Below, piece after piece: positions 58,459 through 64,000 of a DNA stretch of 64,000 nucleotides. Under the pieces are notes generated by a model that was not told where the DNA came from, searched no databases, and saw only the letters and a list, made by a program, of their open reading frames with translations. Position 1 is the first letter of the stretch. Each line of letters starts with the position of its first letter. A program made the translations under genes and the position numbers. This DNA is from Somniosus microcephalus (taxonomy: Eukaryota): NCBI GenBank assembly GCA_052327205.1, contig CM126205.1, positions 154,070,001 to 154,134,000 on the forward strand, given 5' to 3'.

Positions 58459-61400
58459 GTTAGCTTCTAAACCCAGTGACTCCCTGTCTCTCTGTTTTAA
58501 GCCGTATTTTGTTAAGTGTTTGCCATCTTACTGACTCCAGTTTGCTGTACCAGTCGATGAGTTGTAAACTGTAAATGTGCCACAACTCACCTCATTCAGC
58601 ATTTGACTAGCTGCCTGGGCGAGTTGTCTAGCCAAGCTAATCCATACCAGGAGGGAGGGCAATTCTGCTCATCTTTGAATGGTTGGTTACAAAGACAGTG
58701 CAAGGGGCCTTGGAGTAGATTGTACACCCACCCTGTCACCTGAGGACTGGTGCAGGGCACAGAGGAGCCAAAAGGGAGTGTTTGTTTGGTGAGGGTGTGG
58801 CTCCCTCCTGGGTTCCTCTGTCTCTGGGAGCTAGGCACACCTGCAGCAGAGAGGGAGGGGGATGGTTGGGCAATGTCCTTTCCAGCCTCCTCTCACTGCT
58901 GCTGTCGGCCAGCATGTAGGAAATCCATACGTTGGCTGGAGACTGTCTTGTTTTTCCACCTCCTCAGAAAGATGCTTGGCTTTTGCTCAGCCTCACCAAT
59001 GCACTCCCCTCCCCTCTCCCAATGGTGCAGCTGAGGCAGGAAACTCGGCAGAGTGGGAGGAACCAAACACATCTCTGACCAGTGCCACCACACCAATGCT
59101 CTGACCAGTGCCACCACACCGATGCTCTGACCAGCAACACTATCTCAAAAGTAACTTTAAATAGATGGAGAACAATATCAGGCTCCATCAGTGGAAGTGT
59201 CCATGTGGTAATCTGGTTTGAAAGATATTTTAGGGGAGGTTTTCCTGGGAATGTGCCCAGTTGCACTGGATCATGGTGCAGAGAATATCGGAACATTGGA
59301 CATGTGCTCCAACCTGCCCAGGTGATTCAGTGCATCCAGGCGCAGACCCAGGAGACCCTCCACCTGAACCATTATGACACTAATTAAATTTAATTAAACC
59401 TGAGCTGAAACAAACAGCCATTAGTTACATACTGAACCATTTAACCTCTTGTCTAAACGTATAGGATTCAGGAACGGAAACCTTGGCCTGTGATTTGTGG
59501 TCAGTGGGGAAACAAAGACGTTCGCCGCTGGCCCCGAAGTAAGCTTCCCACAAAGATCTTGCGATCTTTGTGGCGAGCAGTTTGGCTTTTCCGACGTTCA
59601 GTTGAAATCAGTGTAAGTTAATGGGAATCCCTAACGTAAGCTGCTGTGACGTCAACAAGCTGTCTAAGCAGCCAATCACAATGCGGAATTCTCACAGACT
59701 GGGAACTAGGACGCGAATAAGCTCCTTTTATTCTAACTTTTAAAAAATGTTAGAGAGAGCAAAACAAAGACTGGGGCTCTCACTCGGGGAAAAGGCAAAC
59801 CTGAAATAAAGATGAACAAACTTTTTCGTTCGATGTTATTACCCAATTCTGGGCTCTTGGTTTTTTTTTAACCCCCAGCCCTGAGAACTGAGTCCAGATG
59901 AAGTATTCTCACTGTAGCCTGCCTGAGATAAGCTAACTCAGCACAGACCTCTGATCTTCTCGTCCGCATGGCAGCTACGGTAGCGTAGTGGTAATGTCAC
60001 TGGGCTAGTAATCCAGAGTTCAAATCCCATCACGGCAGCTGGGGAATTTAAATTCAGTTAATTAAATCTGGAATAAAAAGCTTGTATCAGTAATGCTGAC
60101 CATGAAACTACTGGATTGTCGTAAAAACCCATCTGGTTCACTAATGTCCTTTAGGAAAGGAAATCTGCCAGCCTTACCTGGTCTGACCTATTTGTGACTC
60201 CAGACCCACAACAATGTGGTTGACTCTTAACTGCCCTCTGAAATGGCCTAGCAAGCCACTCAGTTGCAACAAACCGCTACGAAACAAAATAATAAGAATG
60301 AAACCAGACAGAACATCCGGCATCGACCTCGGCACCGGCTACAGACACGACAGTGGCACACCCAGCCCAGTCAACCCTGCAAAGTCCTCCTCACCAACAT
60401 CTGGGGACTTGTACCAAAATTGGGAGAGCTGTCCCACAGACTAGTCAAGCAACAGCCTGACATAGTCATACTCACAGAATCATACCTTTCAGCCAATGTC
60501 CCAAACTCCTCCATCACCATCCCTGTCCCATCGGCAGGACAAACCCACCAGGGGTGGCGGCACAGTGGTATACAGTCGGGAAGGAGTGGCCTTGGGAGTC
60601 CTCAACATTAACTCCGGACCCCATGAAATCTCATTGCTTCAGGTCAAGCATGGGCAAGGAAACCTCCTGCTGATTACCACCTACCGCCCTCCCTCAGCTG
60701 ATGAATCAGTACTCCTCCATGTTGAACACCACTTGGAAGAAGTACTGAGAGTAACGAGGGCACAGAATGTACTCTGGGTGGGTGACTTCAATGTCCATCA
60801 CCAAGAGTGGCTTGGTAGCACCACTACTAACCGAGCTGGCTGAGTCCTGAATGACATAACTACCAGTCTGGGCCTGCGACAGGTGGTGAGTGAACCAACA
60901 CAAGGGGGAAAACCTACTTGACCTCGTCCTCACCAATCTACCTGTCACAGATGCATCTGTCCATGACAGCATTGGTGGCAGTGACCACCACACAGTCATT
61001 GTGGAGACGAAGTCCCGTCTTCACACTGAGGAACACCCTCCATCGTGTTGTGTGGCACTACCACCGTGCTAAATGGGATAGATTCAGAACAGATCTCGCA
61101 GCTGAAAACTGGACATCCATGAGGTGCTGTGGGCCATCAGCAGCAGCAGAATTGTATTCCACCACAATCTATAACCTCATGGCCTGGCATATCCCTCACT
61201 CTACCATTACCATCAAGCCAGGGGACCAACCCTGGTTCAATAAGGAGTGTAAAAGTGCATGCCAGGAGCAGCACCAGGCGTACCTACAAATGAGGTGCCA
61301 ACCTGGGGAAGCTGCAACACAGGACTACATGCATGCTAAAAAGTGTAAGCAGCATGCTATAGATAGGGCTAAGTGATCCCACAATCAACGGATCAGATCA

Positions 61401-64000
61401 AAGCTCTGCAGTCCTGCCGCATCCAGTCGGGAATGGTGGTGGACCATGAAACAACTAACGGGAGGAAGAGGCGCCATGAATATCCCCATCCTCAATGATG
61501 GTGGAGCCCAGCACGTGAGTGCAAAAGACAAGGCTGAAGCGTTTGCAACCATCTTCAGCCAAAAGTGCCTAGTGGATGATCCATATCGGCCTACTCCTGA
61601 GATCTCCACCATCACAGAAGCCAGTCTTCAGCCAATTCGATTCACTCCACGTGATATCAAGAAACGGCTGAGCGTACTGGATACAGCAAAGGCTATGGGC
61701 CCCGACAACATCCCGGCTACCATGCTGAAGACTTATACTCCAGAACTAGCAGCGCCTCTAGCCAAGCAGTTCCAGTACAGCTACAACACTGGCATCTATC
61801 CGACAATGTGGAAAACTGCCCAGGTATGCCCTGTCCACAAAAAGCTGGACAAATCCAACCCGATCAATTACCGCCCCATCAGCCTACTCCCAATCATCAG
61901 CAAAGTGATGGAAGGTGTCATCGACAGTGTTATCAAGCGGCACTTACTCACCAAAAACCTGCTCACTGATGCCCAGTTTGGGTTCCGCCAAGACCACTTG
62001 GCTCCCGACCTCATTACAGTCTTGGTCCAAACATGGACAATTGAGCTGAATTCTAGAGGTGAGGTGAGAGTGACTGCCCTTGACACCAAGGCAGCATTTG
62101 ACGGAGTATGGCATCAAGGAGCCCTAATAAAACTGAAGTCAATGATAATCGGGGGGAAAATGCTCCACTGGCTGGAGTCATACCTAGCACAAAGGAAGAT
62201 GTTTGTGGTGGTTGAAGGTCAATCATCACAGCCCCAGTACATCGCTGCAGGAGTTCCTAGGCCCAACCATCTTCAGCTGCTTCATCAATGACCTTCCCTC
62301 CAACATAAGGTCAGAAATGGGGATGTTCGTTGATGACTACACAGTGTTCAGCGCCATTCACAACTCATCAGATAATGAAGCAGTCCATGCCCGCATGCAA
62401 CAAGACCTGGACGACGTTCAGGCTTGAGCTGATAAGTGGCAAGTAACATTCACGCCACAGAAGTGCCAGGCAATGACTATCTCCAACAAGCGAGAGTCTA
62501 ACCACCTCCCCTTGACATTCAATGGCATTACCATCGCCGAATCCCCCACCATCAACATCCTGACCAGAAACTTAACTGGACTAGCCACATAAATACTGTG
62601 GCAACAAGAGCAGGTCAGAGGCTAGGTATTCTGCGGTGAGTGTCTCCCTTCCTGACTCCCCAAATCTTTTCCACCATCGACAAGGTACAAGTAAGGAGTG
62701 TGATGGAATTCTCTCCCGTTGCCTGGATGAGTGCAGCTCCAACAACACTTGAGAAGCTCGACACAAAGCAGCCCGCTTGATTGGCACCCCATCCACCAGC
62801 TTAAACATTCACTCCCTCCACCACCGGCGTACCATGGCTGCAGTGTGCACTATCTACAAGATGCACTGCAGCAACTCGCCAAGGCTTCTTCGGCAGCAGC
62901 TCCCAAACCTGCGAACTCCACCACCTGGAAGGACAAGGGCAGCAGGTGCATGAGAACACCACCACCCCCAAGTTCCTCTCCAAGTCACACACCATCCTGA
63001 CTTAGAAGTATATCGCTGATCCTTCTTCATCGCTGGGTCAAAATCCTCGAACTCCCTCCTCTAACAGCACTGTGGGAGTACCTTCACCACACGGACTGCA
63101 GCGGTTCATAAATAGAGGCATAGAGTACAAAAGCAAGGAAGTTATGATGAACCTTTTGTGGTAAACCACTGTTATAGTTATCACTGTATATTGTTCTCAC
63201 TGTTCTCACTGTCACATCACTACACGAGGTCGCCTCTTGTCGCACTGTTATACCTGGGCTGACCACCTCCGACTCCGCCCATTACCTGCCCAGGTATAAA
63301 GGTAGCTGACTGGCTAGTATTCCTCCCTGTTGGATCGGATCACCCACGAGGGTGGGCTCTGTTATTTAGCCAATAAAAACCTTCAGTTACGTTCTTAACT
63401 CGTCGCCTTTTATTGGACTAATTGATAGGCATATCAATTTTATTGGCTAAATTTTAAAGATGTCTGATAATGAACAGCAACAGCAAGGAGCTCACCCAGC
63501 AGCACAGCAACAGCAGCCTCCAGACAACGGGCCACACCAGCCGGCTTGGCTGCAAGCCTTGAAACCACCATACCTGGATCTAAACCCACAGGCACCAAAC
63601 TCAGCCAACGACTTCAAACACTGGCTGGACTGCTTCGAATCGTACCTGGAGGAAGCCGTCGTCCCTCAGAGATCCAAACTAAGAGTCCTGAAAGCCCAAG
63701 CGAGCCCGAGAGTATATACACTCATCCAGGACATGACTACGTACGACGACGCCATCAACCTACTGAAACAGCAGTACCGGAGCCCGGTAAACTACATGTA
63801 CACTAGGCATCTCTTAAGATCTCGCCAGCAACAGCCAGGAGAATCGATAGCTGAATTTTCACGAGTGCTGAGACAACTCGGCAGGAACTGTGACTTTAAA
63901 GCGGTGACGGCTACTGCGAACATGGAAGACAATGTCCGCAACGCCTTGGTGAGAGGCCTACGTTCCGACTACACACGGCAAAGACTGCTTGAAGCTAAGG

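Larger units (their letters stand above)
50849..64000 (+). repeat. Near-identical duplicate of about 27.4-41.7 kb (minisatellite, two exons, Penelope 56428-57941, tRNA-headed LINE from 59970, Gypsy 5' LTR 63157-63436 and gag start)
   Basis: Colinear at offset 22239-22288 with scattered SNPs and a 47-bp indel. Confidence 0.97.

Overview
Vertebrate genomic DNA, most likely from a cartilaginous fish (inferred from the repeat content: Deu-domain tRNA SINEs, CR1 with (ATTCTATG)n tails, Penelope-derived repeats). The + strand carries 11 internal coding exons of MCM3AP/GANP (TREX-2 scaffold; proline-rich, CID helix and start of the C-terminal domain). All have AG/GT boundaries and continuous reading phase. 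The introns are mostly nested transposable elements: CR1, L2, RTE-X, Penelope, Deu-SINEs, two MITEs, a solo LTR, and an intact 4.5-kb Gypsy element with identical LTRs. A 500-N gap lies at 50349-50848. After it, roughly 27.4-41.7 kb is repeated near-identically (offset about 22.24-22.29 kb), most likely a haplotype false duplication. Most interesting observations: (1) a ~2.2-kb minisatellite made by amplifying an MCM3AP exon end plus its 5' splice site about 70 times; (2) a Gypsy element with no tRNA primer site but a 15-bp self-complementary PBS and a YLDN RT motif; (3) an ORF1-less LINE whose 5' end is a tRNA-derived Pol III head shared with a short SINE form; (4) an exonic 21-bp heptad expansion in GANP. 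No database search was possible, so family names and novelty come from recognition only.
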